Shown piece after piece: positions 54,711 to 64,000 of a stretch of DNA of 64,000 nucleotides. A model generated the notes under the pieces. That model searched no databases. It was given only the letters and a program-made list of their open reading frames with translations, and was not told where the DNA came from. A program made the translations under genes and the position numbers. This stretch comes from an uncultured Candidatus Peribacteria bacterium (GTDB taxonomy: Bacteria > Patescibacteriota > Gracilibacteria > Peribacterales > Peribacteraceae), in contig CAZCFO010000003.1 in NCBI GenBank assembly GCA_964497975.1, positions 6,620 to 70,619 of the forward strand, written 5' to 3'. Within the stretch, counting starts at the first letter, position 1. Each line of letters begins with the position of its first letter.

Positions 54711-57700
54711 ATGTCGAGTTCCTTCTCGCGCGTGCGGTCCGCATTGAGTACGTTTAGTACGACCGCGCTTGTTTTGAATATTGCTGTTGGTTCGCTCGTC
54801 GCGGCGCTGCCGGTGTTCTCACCGATCGCTGCAGCGGCGACTTTTGGTCCGAGTAATGCCGGCGCAGGCGCGAATGTGACGGGTGTCGGATCGGTAAACT
54901 GGTCGAACGCCGGATTCATCATCGCCGATGATACGAATTACGCCACGGCTACTCTCGGAGCATCAGCAACGTCTCGTTATCTGCAGGGCACCAATTACGG
55001 CTTCGCTATTCCCACTGGTGCGACGATTAACGGAATTCAGGTATCCATCATGCGTGAAACTTCTGACGTGACTCTGGGTGCCAGTATCGATGACAATATC
55101 GTCCGCCTGGTAAAGGCAGGGACTATTGTTGGTGATAACAAAGCAACATCCGCTGATTGGCCTACCTCTATGACTGCAGCCAGCTATGGCGGGCCGTCCG
55201 ATTTATGGGGCACAACCTGGACTGCAGCAGAAATCAATGCGAGCAATTTCGGTGTCGTCCTTTCAATTTTGAATGAAGGAATTGTGACTTCAAGAACGGG
55301 GAGAGTTGATTACATGCAGATTACCGTCACGTATACCCTTTCCACGGGAACTATTCACGTGACCAAGACTGCGGTGGGCGGCGACGGGACATTCAATTTT
55401 ACGAATGCGGCCAGCTTTGCGATTACCACCACCGGCGGTACGGGAACGCACGATATCACCGACTTGTCACCGGCGTCGTATTCGGTGGATGAGACGGCGC
55501 CCACGGGCTGGACGGTCACGAGCAACGGTTGCCAGAACGTGTCGGTGACCGCAGGCAATACCACAAACTGCACGATCACGAACACCAAGCTCGGTACGGT
55601 GACGGTTATCAAAAATTCCCTTCCGGTCAGTGCGCAGTCCTTCCCGTTCACCACCACGATCGGAGGTGGCGAGGGGGGATTCAGTCTCAGCGATGATGGC
55701 GAAGGCTCGGAGGACACGGTTGAATTTACGAGCGTCGCTCTCGGCAGCCACACGATTACCGAAGGATCGGTCGCGGGCTGGAGCCTCACGGGTCTCGTGT
55801 GTACCGGCGGCGATGCCGACGGATCCACCGATCTCGTGACCCGTACCGCCACGATCGACGTGGACGCGGGCGAACACATCACCTGCACGTTTACCAACAG
55901 TCAGTACGGAACGCTGCACATCACCAAGAACGCGTACGGTGGCGATGACGAATTCGACTTCACGATCGATGGCGAGGGCAGCGACGTCCTTGAGTCCGCT
56001 TCCATCACCACGACCGCCGGCACGGGCACCGCCGATGTGTCTCTCCCCGTGGGCGATTACAATGTGTCCGAAACTCTTCCCGAAAGCGGCGCATGGCAGC
56101 AGGTGAGCAACGGCTGTTCCTTTGCCGTCATCCAGCCCGGTCTGACCACGAATTGCACCGTCGAGAACGTTAAGCGCACCCGCATCTCGGTGGGCAAGGA
56201 GACGACCAACGGCGGCGAGGCGAACTTCACCTTCACCCGGAAATTCGGCAGCAGCAGTAGCAGCAGCTTCTCGCGTGGCGTCACGGAACCAGGCGTTCCT
56301 GTGGGCCTCGATTCGTTCTTCGAAATCTTTGCGTCGGTCAGCTCCAGCAGCGCGGCTGCGATCCCCGTCGAAATCGTCGAATTGAATCTTCTGAACTGGA
56401 ACTTCAACCAGGTGCAGTGCACCCTCAACGAGAGCCCGATGAGCGTCACGCCCCAGTTGGGAGAAGACGGCGTTCTGATCGGTTTCAACGCCCAGGCAGG
56501 CGATCAGATCCAGTGCCTCTTTAACAACAGAATGTCCGTGTGTGGCAACAGCGTTGTCCAGAGCGGCGAGCAGTGCGACGACGGCAATGCGACGGTCGGC
56601 GACGGATGCTCCGACACCTGCCAGTACGAACTTGGCTGGTCGTGTAATCACAACGAGCCGAGCGTTTGCACCACGAGCTGCGGCGACAATATCGTCGCCG
56701 GAGTGGAGGAGTGCGACAATGACCTCACCAATACCAGCGGCGACGGATGCGACGCCTTCTGCCACATCGAAGTCTGTGGCGATGGCGTTATCAACAATAC
56801 GCATGTCGAGGGTGAAACGACCGTTACCGAACAGTGCGACGACGGCGATGACGATGCGGGCGACGGATGCTCCGATACCTGCCAGATCGAAATCGGCTAC
56901 GCGTGTCCCACGGTCAACGAGTCGTGCGTCGCAATCTGCGGCGACGGCCTGGTCCTCGGCGGCGAGCAGTGCGACGATGGCGAGAGCAGTTGCGGCGACG
57001 GCTGTTCGTCCTCGTGCGAAGTCGAAACCGGTTACCAGTGCATCAACAGCACCGAAACCGATCCCAACAGCACCTGCGAGCTACATCTGGATTTCGGCGA
57101 CGCGCCGGATGGCGAGGGTGAAGACGCCGGATATCCGACTCTGCTGGAAGACAACGGCGCCCGTCACGTTATCGTCGAGGAGTACATGCTCGGTGCGACG
57201 ATCGACGGCGAGCCCAATGGCCAGCCGGATTTTGCGGCCGCTGGCGACGGTTCGGATGAAGACGGCGTTTCGTTCACGACGTCACTCACCCAGGGTGCCA
57301 CCGCAGGTGTGACGGTAGTCACCTCTCTGCCGGACGGCGAAGGCGAGGATGACGGTTATCTGGAGGCCTGGGTTGACTTCAACCAGGACGGCGACTGGGA
57401 CGATGAGGGCGAACACGTCATCGACAATCTCTCTCTTACGAGCGGCACGCATGCTCTGACGTTCTCCGTTCCCGCAGGCGCGGTTCTGGGCGAGACCTAC
57501 GCCCGGTTCCGCTGGAGCAGCATCGGCGGCATCGAGGAAAGCGGTCTTGATGTTACGGGGTACGCGCCGAATGGCGAAGTAGAGGACTATCTGGTCACGA
57601 TCACGGCTCCCGTTACCGAGACTACCTCCGACGACGAAGACGAGGGTCCGGTTTCGGATGACGGCGGCAACGGGGGTTCCCGCGGCAGCCAGACGAACCG

Positions 57701-58322
57701 TATTGGAGCGGCTATCAACAGGTTGATCTCCAACTTTATCGGCGACACCCCTCCTCCCGCGTTCGGAGGCACCGATGACGCTCCGTTCTCCGACGAGCAG
57801 AACGATCTGCTGCGGAGAATCAATCTGATGATCGGCTGCAACGCGTCGAATTCCGTCTTCCATGCTGCTGCTCAGATTATCGCCAAGAAGTTCAGCGGCA
57901 ACACGGCCGCCATCGAGGCTCAGATGCAGCTCATCTGCACGCAGCTTGCGGAGCGGTCGGGCATGAACAAGCCCGTGGTCCAGATCAAGCCCCGCCAGAT
58001 TGTGCTGGCCGAGGACGGTTACCCCGTTTCGAGCGACGATCTCTGGAACCTCTGCGTTCGTGGCAAGGCGACGCTTGCGGATTTCCGCAGCCACCCCATG
58101 GTGATCGACCGCGACACCGGCAAAACTGCGTCGAAAACATGCGGACTGTATCGCATATCCGGCACTCAGATCTGGAAGTTCCCGGATGATCTGTTCCTCA
58201 CGGGGCTCATCATCAATCCGTCAAAGTCCGGCAAGCCCGTCGTCAGCGTGTTCCAGAAGGGCTACGCGGTGCTGCCGTCCGCTCAGCGGACCGCCGAGGC
58301 CAGTTCGGCTGCGGCTCAGTAA
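54711..58322 (+). CDS. giant surface protein: N-terminal domain, prealbumin-like (SpaA/Cna-B-like) repeats, DUF4215 Cys-rich repeats, GEVED domain, C-terminal domain
   Basis: Repeats GT(I/L)H(V/I)TK.A.GGD..F.F. CG(N/D)..V...E.CDDGN...GDGCS..C (Myxococcus-type Cys-rich repeat). FGDAPD...NGEVEDY (GEVED). Start at ATG 54711, downstream of TTGACT-N16-TATGAT (54659-54686). Confidence 0.88.
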   Translation: MSSSFSRVRSALSTFSTTALVLNIAVGSLVAALPVFSPIAAAATFGPSNAGAGANVTGVGSVNWSNAGFIIADDTNYATATLGASATSRYLQGTNYGFAIPTGATINGIQVSIMRETSDVTLGASIDDNIVRLVKAGTIVGDNKATSADWPTSMTAASYGGPSDLWGTTWTAAEINASNFGVVLSILNEGIVTSRTGRVDYMQITVTYTLSTGTIHVTKTAVGGDGTFNFTNAASFAITTTGGTGTHDITDLSPASYSVDETAPTGWTVTSNGCQNVSVTAGNTTNCTITNTKLGTVTVIKNSLPVSAQSFPFTTTIGGGEGGFSLSDDGEGSEDTVEFTSVALGSHTITEGSVAGWSLTGLVCTGGDADGSTDLVTRTATIDVDAGEHITCTFTNSQYGTLHITKNAYGGDDEFDFTIDGEGSDVLESASITTTAGTGTADVSLPVGDYNVSETLPESGAWQQVSNGCSFAVIQPGLTTNCTVENVKRTRISVGKETTNGGEANFTFTRKFGSSSSSSFSRGVTEPGVPVGLDSFFEIFASVSSSSAAAIPVEIVELNLLNWNFNQVQCTLNESPMSVTPQLGEDGVLIGFNAQAGDQIQCLFNNRMSVCGNSVVQSGEQCDDGNATVGDGCSDTCQYELGWSCNHNEPSVCTTSCGDNIVAGVEECDNDLTNTSGDGCDAFCHIEVCGDGVINNTHVEGETTVTEQCDDGDDDAGDGCSDTCQIEIGYACPTVNESCVAICGDGLVLGGEQCDDGESSCGDGCSSSCEVETGYQCINSTETDPNSTCELHLDFGDAPDGEGEDAGYPTLLEDNGARHVIVEEYMLGATIDGEPNGQPDFAAAGDGSDEDGVSFTTSLTQGATAGVTVVTSLPDGEGEDDGYLEAWVDFNQDGDWDDEGEHVIDNLSLTSGTHALTFSVPAGAVLGETYARFRWSSIGGIEESGLDVTGYAPNGEVEDYLVTITAPVTETTSDDEDEGPVSDDGGNGGSRGSQTNRIGAAINRLISNFIGDTPPPAFGGTDDAPFSDEQNDLLRRINLMIGCNASNSVFHAAAQIIAKKFSGNTAAIEAQMQLICTQLAERSGMNKPVVQIKPRQIVLAEDGYPVSSDDLWNLCVRGKATLADFRSHPMVIDRDTGKTASKTCGLYRISGTQIWKFPDDLFLTGLIINPSKSGKPVVSVFQKGYAVLPSAQRTAEASSAAAQ

Positions 58323-58343
58323 TAGCATCGATTCTGCGTCATA

Positions 58344-58375
58344 AAGAAGGACGGCACGTGCCGTCCTTCTTTTGC
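58344..58375. terminator. bidirectional terminator between convergent genes
   Basis: AAGAAGGACGGCAC/GTGCCGTCCTTCTT, a perfect 14-bp palindrome flanked by an A-run and a T-run. Confidence 0.75.
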
Positions 58376-58388
58376 GCATGATCTTCAT

Positions 58389-59642
58389 TCACGCCCCTCC
58401 CGCGTAGCGCCGGATGAACTCGATGGGGTTCACCATCCAGCGGTCCGCTTCCGCGCGCGACATCACGCCCGACGGGACATACGGCACGTGGATGCCCGCG
58501 CCCTGCCCCCGGTCGACCTGCAGATGCAGATGCGGGGCGCTCGTGTTGCCCGTCATGCCCACCGTGCCGATGAACTCGCCCGGTTCCAGATCCTGTCCGG
58601 GCTTCACCGCGGCGAACCCCAGGTGTCCGTAGACCGAGTAGAACGTCTGATGCCCGATGCGGTGCTCGATGATCACGTGCAGGCCGAGCGTCTTGGTGGT
58701 GGTCACCGTCTGCACGCGGCCTCCCGCGATGGCACCGAGCGGCGTGCCGAGCGCCAGCTTGAGGTCCACGCCCGGGTGCGTGCCCTCGTACTCTCCGGCG
58801 TCGAGGCTGTAGGTGGAAAGGTACTTGGTCGAATAGAACAGCTTGCGGGTGATGTCGTCGGTGTCATCTTCCTGCACGTACTTCTTGAACGGCGTCAGGA
58901 GCTTCTGCAGGTCGTACTCCGGCACGGGCACGAAATCCTCGCTTGCCAGCTTGTCGTAGGGGCGGTTCCATTCCGCCGCAGCGTGCATTGCGCCCCAATT
59001 GGGCACTTTCCCCACGGGATAGACGGTACGGCCGAAAGCAGGGAAGTTCGTGCTCCCTTCGACGTCGCTCAGGGCCTTCGGCGTGCTCGGGCTTGGACTC
59101 GGACTCGGGCTCGGGTGCGACATCTCGCTGGAACTGCTGACCGGCGTCGCGACGGGCAGGGGGGTCTCGGTGGAGATCTGCGCCGGGACGGCGGCGCCCT
59201 GCGTGGGGGCTATCACCTGCTGGGGCCACTGCCGGACCTGGGGCGAAGCTGCCGCGTGGTAGGACGCCGAACTCTTCGTTGCCGGCACCCACGCGCGGCG
59301 GGAGATGACACTGCTGGAGGATGCCGCGCGGCTGATCTGCGAACTGCGCGCCACGGAGCGTGTCGCCGGGGATGACCGTCGAAGCCGGAAGATCACGCGG
59401 GAGCGGGACGACGTCGCGGAGGACCGGCGCGAGGACACTGCCGCTGTCCGTGACGACGATGACTGCATCAGCGCGTCGGAGCGCCACTGCTTCATGCTCT
59501 CGAGCACGTACCCCTGGAGTCCCGTGGAGTGCGTCGCGAGCGCGATGCCCCACAGAAAACTGGCCACGCAGGCAACGGCGATCCGGGGATCGATATGCAG
59601 CGACTGGCAGAGCCGGGAGAGGGTGTGTTTGAGTTTGTTCAC
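58389..59642 (-). CDS. M23 (LytM) family metallopeptidase, membrane-anchored with Ser/Pro-rich linker
   Basis: HPGVDL, YGHL, GNTSAPHLHLQV motifs. N-terminal TM. GTG start at 59642. Confidence 0.88.
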   Translation of the reverse strand: MNKLKHTLSRLCQSLHIDPRIAVACVASFLWGIALATHSTGLQGYVLESMKQWRSDALMQSSSSRTAAVSSRRSSATSSRSRVIFRLRRSSPATRSVARSSQISRAASSSSVISRRAWVPATKSSASYHAAASPQVRQWPQQVIAPTQGAAVPAQISTETPLPVATPVSSSSEMSHPSPSPSPSPSTPKALSDVEGSTNFPAFGRTVYPVGKVPNWGAMHAAAEWNRPYDKLASEDFVPVPEYDLQKLLTPFKKYVQEDDTDDITRKLFYSTKYLSTYSLDAGEYEGTHPGVDLKLALGTPLGAIAGGRVQTVTTTKTLGLHVIIEHRIGHQTFYSVYGHLGFAAVKPGQDLEPGEFIGTVGMTGNTSAPHLHLQVDRGQGAGIHVPYVPSGVMSRAEADRWMVNPIEFIRRYAGGA

Positions 59643-59650
59643 TTCCTTGT

Positions 59651-59679
59651 ATTATACAATATTATGTTAGTTTTGTCAT
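59651..59679 (-). promoter_or_regulatory. sigma70-type promoter ATGACA-N17-TATAAT, 8 nt before GTG 59642
   Basis: Read on the minus strand in the AT-rich spacer. Confidence 0.55.
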
Positions 59680-59764
59680 TATTTCAAAAGGCTGATTGAA
59701 GCGGAAGGAACACCAGGAACACAAAGAACACAAAGAATATCTCGTCTTTGCTCTCCTTGTGTTC

Positions 59765-60220
59765 CTACGCCCGTCGTCCGAGCAATCCCCACAGCCCCTT
59801 CCGCTCCGGCGGCGGGCAGAGGAACACGACGACGGCTCCGGCGATCGCGCCGTTGACGGTGCCCCAGGAGACATCCACCAGCGCCAGCACGATGTCCCAC
59901 CAGGGGAGCAGCGCGTGGTTCAAAAAGTTCACCGTTCCCGTCACCGTGAATCCCAGCAGCGCGCCGAGCCACACGGCATCACACACCGGCTGGCCCGAGG
60001 GGCGGCAGTGCAGGAGGATGTAGGAGAACGTCACTGCGTTGATGGCCTGCACGAGGAAGATGAACGGCGAGATTGAGGGCCCGCCCACCACATTGGGGTT
60101 CATCAGCGCCAGACGCTGCCCATAAAAACTCATCATGAGACCGCCGTGCCAGACGGCGTCCGAAATGGTGAAGAGCACGAAACTGACGACAAAGGCTTTG
60201 ACGAAACGGGTGGGGGTCAT
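59765..60220 (-). CDS. DUF2177-like membrane protein
   Basis: FVVSFVLFTISDAVWHGGLMMSFYGQRL pattern and 4 TM helices. Start at MTPTRF (60220). Confidence 0.7.
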   Translation of the reverse strand: MTPTRFVKAFVVSFVLFTISDAVWHGGLMMSFYGQRLALMNPNVVGGPSISPFIFLVQAINAVTFSYILLHCRPSGQPVCDAVWLGALLGFTVTGTVNFLNHALLPWWDIVLALVDVSWGTVNGAIAGAVVVFLCPPPERKGLWGLLGRRA

Positions 60221-60266
60221 GCGGCATCTATAGCACCGGTCCCGGCATAGGTACAATCCGCTCATC

Positions 60267-61307
60267 TTGCACTCTTTCGAGGACGTTCTCCGGCTCTATG
60301 ACTACGCCCTCCCCCCGGAGCGCATCGCGCAGGCCCCGGCCACGCCGCGCGACAGCGCCAGGCTGCTCGTCTACAGGAGAGCGGCGGACGCGGTTGAGTG
60401 GAGCACGATCAGCAAACTGCCCGCCCTGCTCCCGCCGCGCGCGGTCCTGGTTCTCAACGAAACCAAGGTGATCCCCGCGCGCCTGCCGGCCAAGCGGAGC
60501 ACCGGAGGGCAGGTTCTGTTGCTGTATCTGGGCCGCAATGCCCGGGAGCTGAAATTCCTCTCCAATCGACGATTGCGCCCGGGAGAGGTGTTGCGGATTT
60601 CCCCGCGCCGCACGCTCACCGTTCTCCGCGCCGACGCGAAGGTCTGGTTTCTCAAGCCCTCGTTTTCGCCGTCCGCGATCCGCTCCGTTCTCCATCGTCA
60701 TGGCATCGTCCCGCTGCCGCCGTACATCAACCGCACGCCGCTCAGTCGCGCCGAGGTCCGCCGCCGCTACCAGACCGTTTTCGCCAAAACCGAAGGATCC
60801 ATTGCGGCGCCCACCGCGTCGCTGCACTTCACCAGGGGGCTGCTCCAGAAGCTCGAACGCTCCGGGGTGTCCATCGCGCGCGTCACGCTGCACGTCCATC
60901 TCGGCACGTTCTCGCCGCTCACCGAGGAGCATTGGAAAACCGGGAAGCTGCATCCCGAGAGTTACTCCATCGATTCCCGCAGCGCCCGTCTTCTCGCGGA
61001 GGCGAAACGCACCGGTCGTCCCATCATCGCCGTGGGCACGACTGCCCTGCGAGCGCTCGAGTCTGCCGCCGACGGCCGCGGGCGCATTGTCCATCCGCAG
61101 GGCGTCACACGTCTGTTCGTCCGCGAGCCCTATCGGTTCCGGATCATCGACGGCCTGCTGACCAACTTCCACGTGCCCAAGAGCAGCCTGCTGATGCTCG
61201 TGGCCGCGCTCACCGGCCGGGAGAAGATTCTCGGGCTGTACGATGAAGCGATCCGCAGGGACTTTCGGTTCTTCTCGTTCGGCGATGCGATGCTGATTTT
61301 GCAGTGA
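60267..61307 (+). CDS. queA: S-adenosylmethionine:tRNA ribosyltransferase-isomerase
   Basis: YDYALPPERIAQ.P...RDSARLLV, LPPYI, AVGTTALRALES, FRFFSFGDAMLI motifs. TTG start. Confidence 0.9.
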   Translation: MHSFEDVLRLYDYALPPERIAQAPATPRDSARLLVYRRAADAVEWSTISKLPALLPPRAVLVLNETKVIPARLPAKRSTGGQVLLLYLGRNARELKFLSNRRLRPGEVLRISPRRTLTVLRADAKVWFLKPSFSPSAIRSVLHRHGIVPLPPYINRTPLSRAEVRRRYQTVFAKTEGSIAAPTASLHFTRGLLQKLERSGVSIARVTLHVHLGTFSPLTEEHWKTGKLHPESYSIDSRSARLLAEAKRTGRPIIAVGTTALRALESAADGRGRIVHPQGVTRLFVREPYRFRIIDGLLTNFHVPKSSLLMLVAALTGREKILGLYDEAIRRDFRFFSFGDAMLILQ

Positions 61308-61317
61308 TACGAGGATA

Positions 61318-61346
61318 TTGACAAATATAATCAAATAATTTCTAAT
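61318..61346 (+). promoter_or_regulatory. sigma70-type promoter TTGACA-N17-TCTAAT, 6 nt before ATG 61353
   Basis: Direct reading. Confidence 0.55.
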
Positions 61347-61352
61347 ACGAAC

Positions 61353-62267
61353 ATGTCGCTTATCATCCTTGAGGAGGGTTCGAACAATGAGGAGCAGGAC
61401 GAATATGACAGAGTGTCCCTGAAGGCATGGCAGCCGGAGTGTGAATGGATGCGGGAGCGGGGCGTCTACGCCGACATCGCTTTTCTCGTGGGGCTCAAGC
61501 GTGGCGACGTGTACATGAATCTCTGCGCGGGACTCTGTCCTCTGGAAGAAGAGCTTCTCCGGTCGCGCCCGGAGGCACACGTCATTTCCGTGGAGACGAA
61601 TCTCCGGACCATGGATGCCGCTGCACGCAGGCTTATCGAGCGGGGCATTCCGGTCCATCGCGTTACCACGCGCGCGGAGGATGATGTGTTCTGCCGGGGG
61701 CCGGGCGGCATTGCGGATGTGTATCAACGGTCATGGCAATCGCTCTCCGGGGAAGTGCTGGCGCTGCAGGCCGACATTCATGATCATTCCCGCGTGCGCA
61801 ATCTTCTGGGGACTCAGCAGCCGTCCGTGACGACGCTGACCTTCGCGGGGGCATCGCTCAAGGAGGTCTACAAAAAGTACGACATAGGGATCGCGGGGTC
61901 CCAGGGGATGCAGAACACCATCGATGACGTCATCCGTGCCGCGTATGCCCTGACGACGGCCATTACTCCTCCGGGAGGCAGGCTCGTTCGCGCGGAACGC
62001 GCAGCGAGAGGACAACGCGAGTCGCCGGCGTCCGTGCTGAATTGTGCTGCCCGGGAATACCGGGCCAAGGTGGGGCGGTATTGGGAAGTCGGAGTGCCGC
62101 AGTATGTCCAGGAGCTCACCGGCGCCCCGTGCGCCCACGAATTGCAGGCGCGCCTCGCCGGCATCACCCGATTCGCCTACGGCATCGTGCTGCAGCGAAA
62201 TGACCGGCCCTGCACTCTTCCGGAGGCCCAGACATTCATGGCATCCGCCGAAATGGATGGATTGTAG
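61353..62267 (+). CDS. hypothetical protein, class-I SAM-methyltransferase-like (weak)
   Basis: DVYMNLCAGLCPLE (motif-I-like), VISVETN, LQADIHD. Assignment is tentative. Confidence 0.6.
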   Translation: MSLIILEEGSNNEEQDEYDRVSLKAWQPECEWMRERGVYADIAFLVGLKRGDVYMNLCAGLCPLEEELLRSRPEAHVISVETNLRTMDAAARRLIERGIPVHRVTTRAEDDVFCRGPGGIADVYQRSWQSLSGEVLALQADIHDHSRVRNLLGTQQPSVTTLTFAGASLKEVYKKYDIGIAGSQGMQNTIDDVIRAAYALTTAITPPGGRLVRAERAARGQRESPASVLNCAAREYRAKVGRYWEVGVPQYVQELTGAPCAHELQARLAGITRFAYGIVLQRNDRPCTLPEAQTFMASAEMDGL

Positions 62268-62281
62268 ACGGTCGCACGGTT

Positions 62282-62311
62282 TTGGACTTAAAGGTGTTTT
62301 TGCGCTATAAT
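62282..62311 (+). promoter_or_regulatory. candidate promoter TTGGAC-N18-TATAAT
   Basis: Direct reading. 28 nt upstream of ATG 62340. Confidence 0.4.
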
Positions 62312-62339
62312 AGAAGGAATTCCACACACACAGAAACGT

Positions 62340-64000
62340 ATGCCCAAAAAATCCCGCGCCCGACGTGCCTGCCGCGTATCGCAACAGACGTTATTCGTGA
62401 TCATCGCGCTGCTTGCGTCCATCATCATCGTTTCCTCCCTGGAACTGTCCGGAGGACAGGCGCAGGTCACGCGCCCCACCATCTCGCGGCCCGTTCCGTC
62501 CGTGCCCCCGCCCGCGCCGGCCACCTACATCCAGATGCGCTGCGGCGACGGCGTCGTCAGTCCCACGTGGAACGAGAAGTGCGACGACCGGAACACCTTC
62601 AACGGCGACGGATGCAGCAACGTCTGTCAGATCGAAGCGGGATACTCCTGCCCGCCCACGGGCGGCCGCTGCACGAATACCAATCCGCCTCTCTGCGGCG
62701 ACGGGAAATGGAACCCTCTGGAAACCTGCGATGACGGTAACAAGGCGGGCGGCGACGGGTGTTCCGCCCTGTGCACGCTCGAACGGAACATGTACGGGAA
62801 TCAGACGCCGGTCTGGTACTGCACCACGGAGTATCCCACCCGGTGCTGGGTTATTTCGCTGTCGATGCAGACCACGTGCGGCAACGGCACGATGGATACG
62901 CGCCGCAACGGGGAGGCCGGAGAACAGTGCGACGACGGGCAGCTCCGCAACGGCGACGGCTGCACCAGCCAATGCAGGATCGAACCGGGATACCTCTGCA
63001 GCGGCAGGCCCAGCAAGTGCACCCAGGTCCCCACGTGCGGAAACCGGGTGCGCGATCCCGGCGAAACCTGCGAAGACGCAAACACTCTTTCCGGTGACGG
63101 CTGCTCGTCTCTGTGTCAGATCGAACCCGGCTACACCTGCCAGGGCTTCGTCTGCACGAAGCCCGTCTGCGGCAACGGCATCGTCGATACGCAGGAAAAC
63201 AGCCAGGAGCAGTGCGACGACGGCAACCTGCTTTCCGGCGACGGCTGCAGCAACCGGTGCGCGATCGAAAAAAATTACTCCTGCACCGGAGCCAGGCCCA
63301 GCGAGTGCGAGACCGTGTTTACGTGCGGAAATGCCTCGCTGGAAACAGGGGAGCAGTGCGACGACGGCAACAGGGTCACGGGCGACGGCTGCAGCGCGCA
63401 ATGCTCGACGGAAGCGGGATTTTCGTGCGGCAGGGTGTACCAAAATGGCGGGTATGTGAGCCAATGCATCAAGTTGTATCCCTGCGGCAACGGCATCGTG
63501 GAGCTCACGGATCGCTGCGACGACGGCAACAATGTCTCCGGCGACGGCTGCAATTTCAACTGCCAGCTGGAATCGGGATATGTCTGTTCCGGACAGCCGA
63601 GCAAGTGCGAGCGCAACACCTGCGGAAACGGAAAATATGACTGGGGCGAGTACTGCGACGACGGCAACACGGTTGCCGGCGACGGCTGCAACGCCACGTG
63701 CACCGCCGTCGAACCCGGCTACTACTGTTCCGGACTGCCCAACACCTGCAAAAAGCCCGTCTGCGGCAACCGGATCATCGAACCGACGGAGAGCTGCGAC
63801 GACGGCAATAACCGTCCCGGCGACGGCTGCTCCCTCTGCAGGCTGGAAGGGGGATTCCAGTGCATACCCGATTACGGCTGCACGAGAATCGCGCGCTTCT
63901 GCGGCGACGGCGTCACGCACCTTAACTACGGCGAAATGTGCGATGACGGCAACGGCGAACCCGGAGACGGCTGCAGCACTCTCTGCACCGTCGAACAGTA
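62340..64000 (+). CDS. secreted/membrane-anchored DUF4215 (Myxococcus-type) cysteine-rich repeat protein (partial, runs off window end)
   Basis: Absent from the ORF track (no stop in the window). My translation: MPKKSRARRACRVSQQTLFVIIALLASIIIVSS, then more than 10 repeats of CG(D/N)G.....E.CDDGN...GDGC...C..E.G(Y/F).C. The frame is open to base 64000. Confidence 0.85.
   Translation, partial: MPKKSRARRACRVSQQTLFVIIALLASIIIVSSLELSGGQAQVTRPTISRPVPSVPPPAPATYIQMRCGDGVVSPTWNEKCDDRNTFNGDGCSNVCQIEAGYSCPPTGGRCTNTNPPLCGDGKWNPLETCDDGNKAGGDGCSALCTLERNMYGNQTPVWYCTTEYPTRCWVISLSMQTTCGNGTMDTRRNGEAGEQCDDGQLRNGDGCTSQCRIEPGYLCSGRPSKCTQVPTCGNRVRDPGETCEDANTLSGDGCSSLCQIEPGYTCQGFVCTKPVCGNGIVDTQENSQEQCDDGNLLSGDGCSNRCAIEKNYSCTGARPSECETVFTCGNASLETGEQCDDGNRVTGDGCSAQCSTEAGFSCGRVYQNGGYVSQCIKLYPCGNGIVELTDRCDDGNNVSGDGCNFNCQLESGYVCSGQPSKCERNTCGNGKYDWGEYCDDGNTVAGDGCNATCTAVEPGYYCSGLPNTCKKPVCGNRIIEPTESCDDGNNRPGDGCSLCRLEGGFQCIPDYGCTRIARFCGDGVTHLNYGEMCDDGNGEPGDGCSTLCTVEQ

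Overview
High-GC (about 60% from hand counts on sampled lines) bacterial chromosomal segment with about 50 protein genes and one tRNA-Leu(GAG). There is no rRNA, CRISPR array or obvious prophage. Housekeeping genes (dprA, tpiA, rpiB, rpe, purC, purB, ftsH, mscL, ligA, typA, queA) are interleaved with two other gene groups. The first is an unusually dense set of envelope glycosylation genes: a GT39/PMT mannosyltransferase, two PMT_2/ArnT-like paralogs, a polyprenol-phosphate GT2, GT4, GT2, a PIG-V-like protein and DedA. The second is large secreted or surface proteins: SLH plus 4x Calx-beta; a 1203-aa protein with prealbumin-like repeats, DUF4215 Cys-rich repeats and a GEVED domain; DUF11-like proteins; an M23 peptidase; and a second DUF4215 repeat protein that runs off the 3' end. 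The gene content (four-helix-bundle 23S-IVS-family gene, DUF4215/GEVED proteins, reduced metabolism-like context) suggests a CPR/Peregrinibacteria-like organism, but that is only an inference. Six things stand out. (1) A roughly 6-kb low-GC mosaic island (about 32040-38300) has both borders inside open reading frames. It carries a membrane-tethered TrmB-HTH/Cache-like regulator, an SMR-like protein, an ALDH-superfamily domain fused to a class-I LysRS-like C-terminal tail, a histidine kinase with the same sensor domain, and the CHAP-like tip of a 1327-aa coiled-coil protein plus an overlapping lipoprotein gene (effector/immunity-like). (2) There are several families of short palindromic elements. 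One is a GTAG-box hairpin family whose stems differ in every copy but stay perfectly paired. Another is inserted in frame inside ligA and supplies stop codons to neighbouring genes. A RAYT-like HUH transposase gene is also present. (3) A triplicated ~120-nt structured leader shows compensatory substitutions and lies upstream of small-protein genes next to an Flp-like pilin gene. (4) An extremely acidic protein carries (Glu)n and (His-Glu/His-Ala)n tracts. (5) A 518-aa orphan protein has glutamine-synthetase-like catalytic motifs. (6) A -10 hexamer recurs exactly 6 nt upstream of start codons, which suggests leaderless mRNAs. Many long ORFs in the track are antisense shadows typical of high-GC DNA and were not called.
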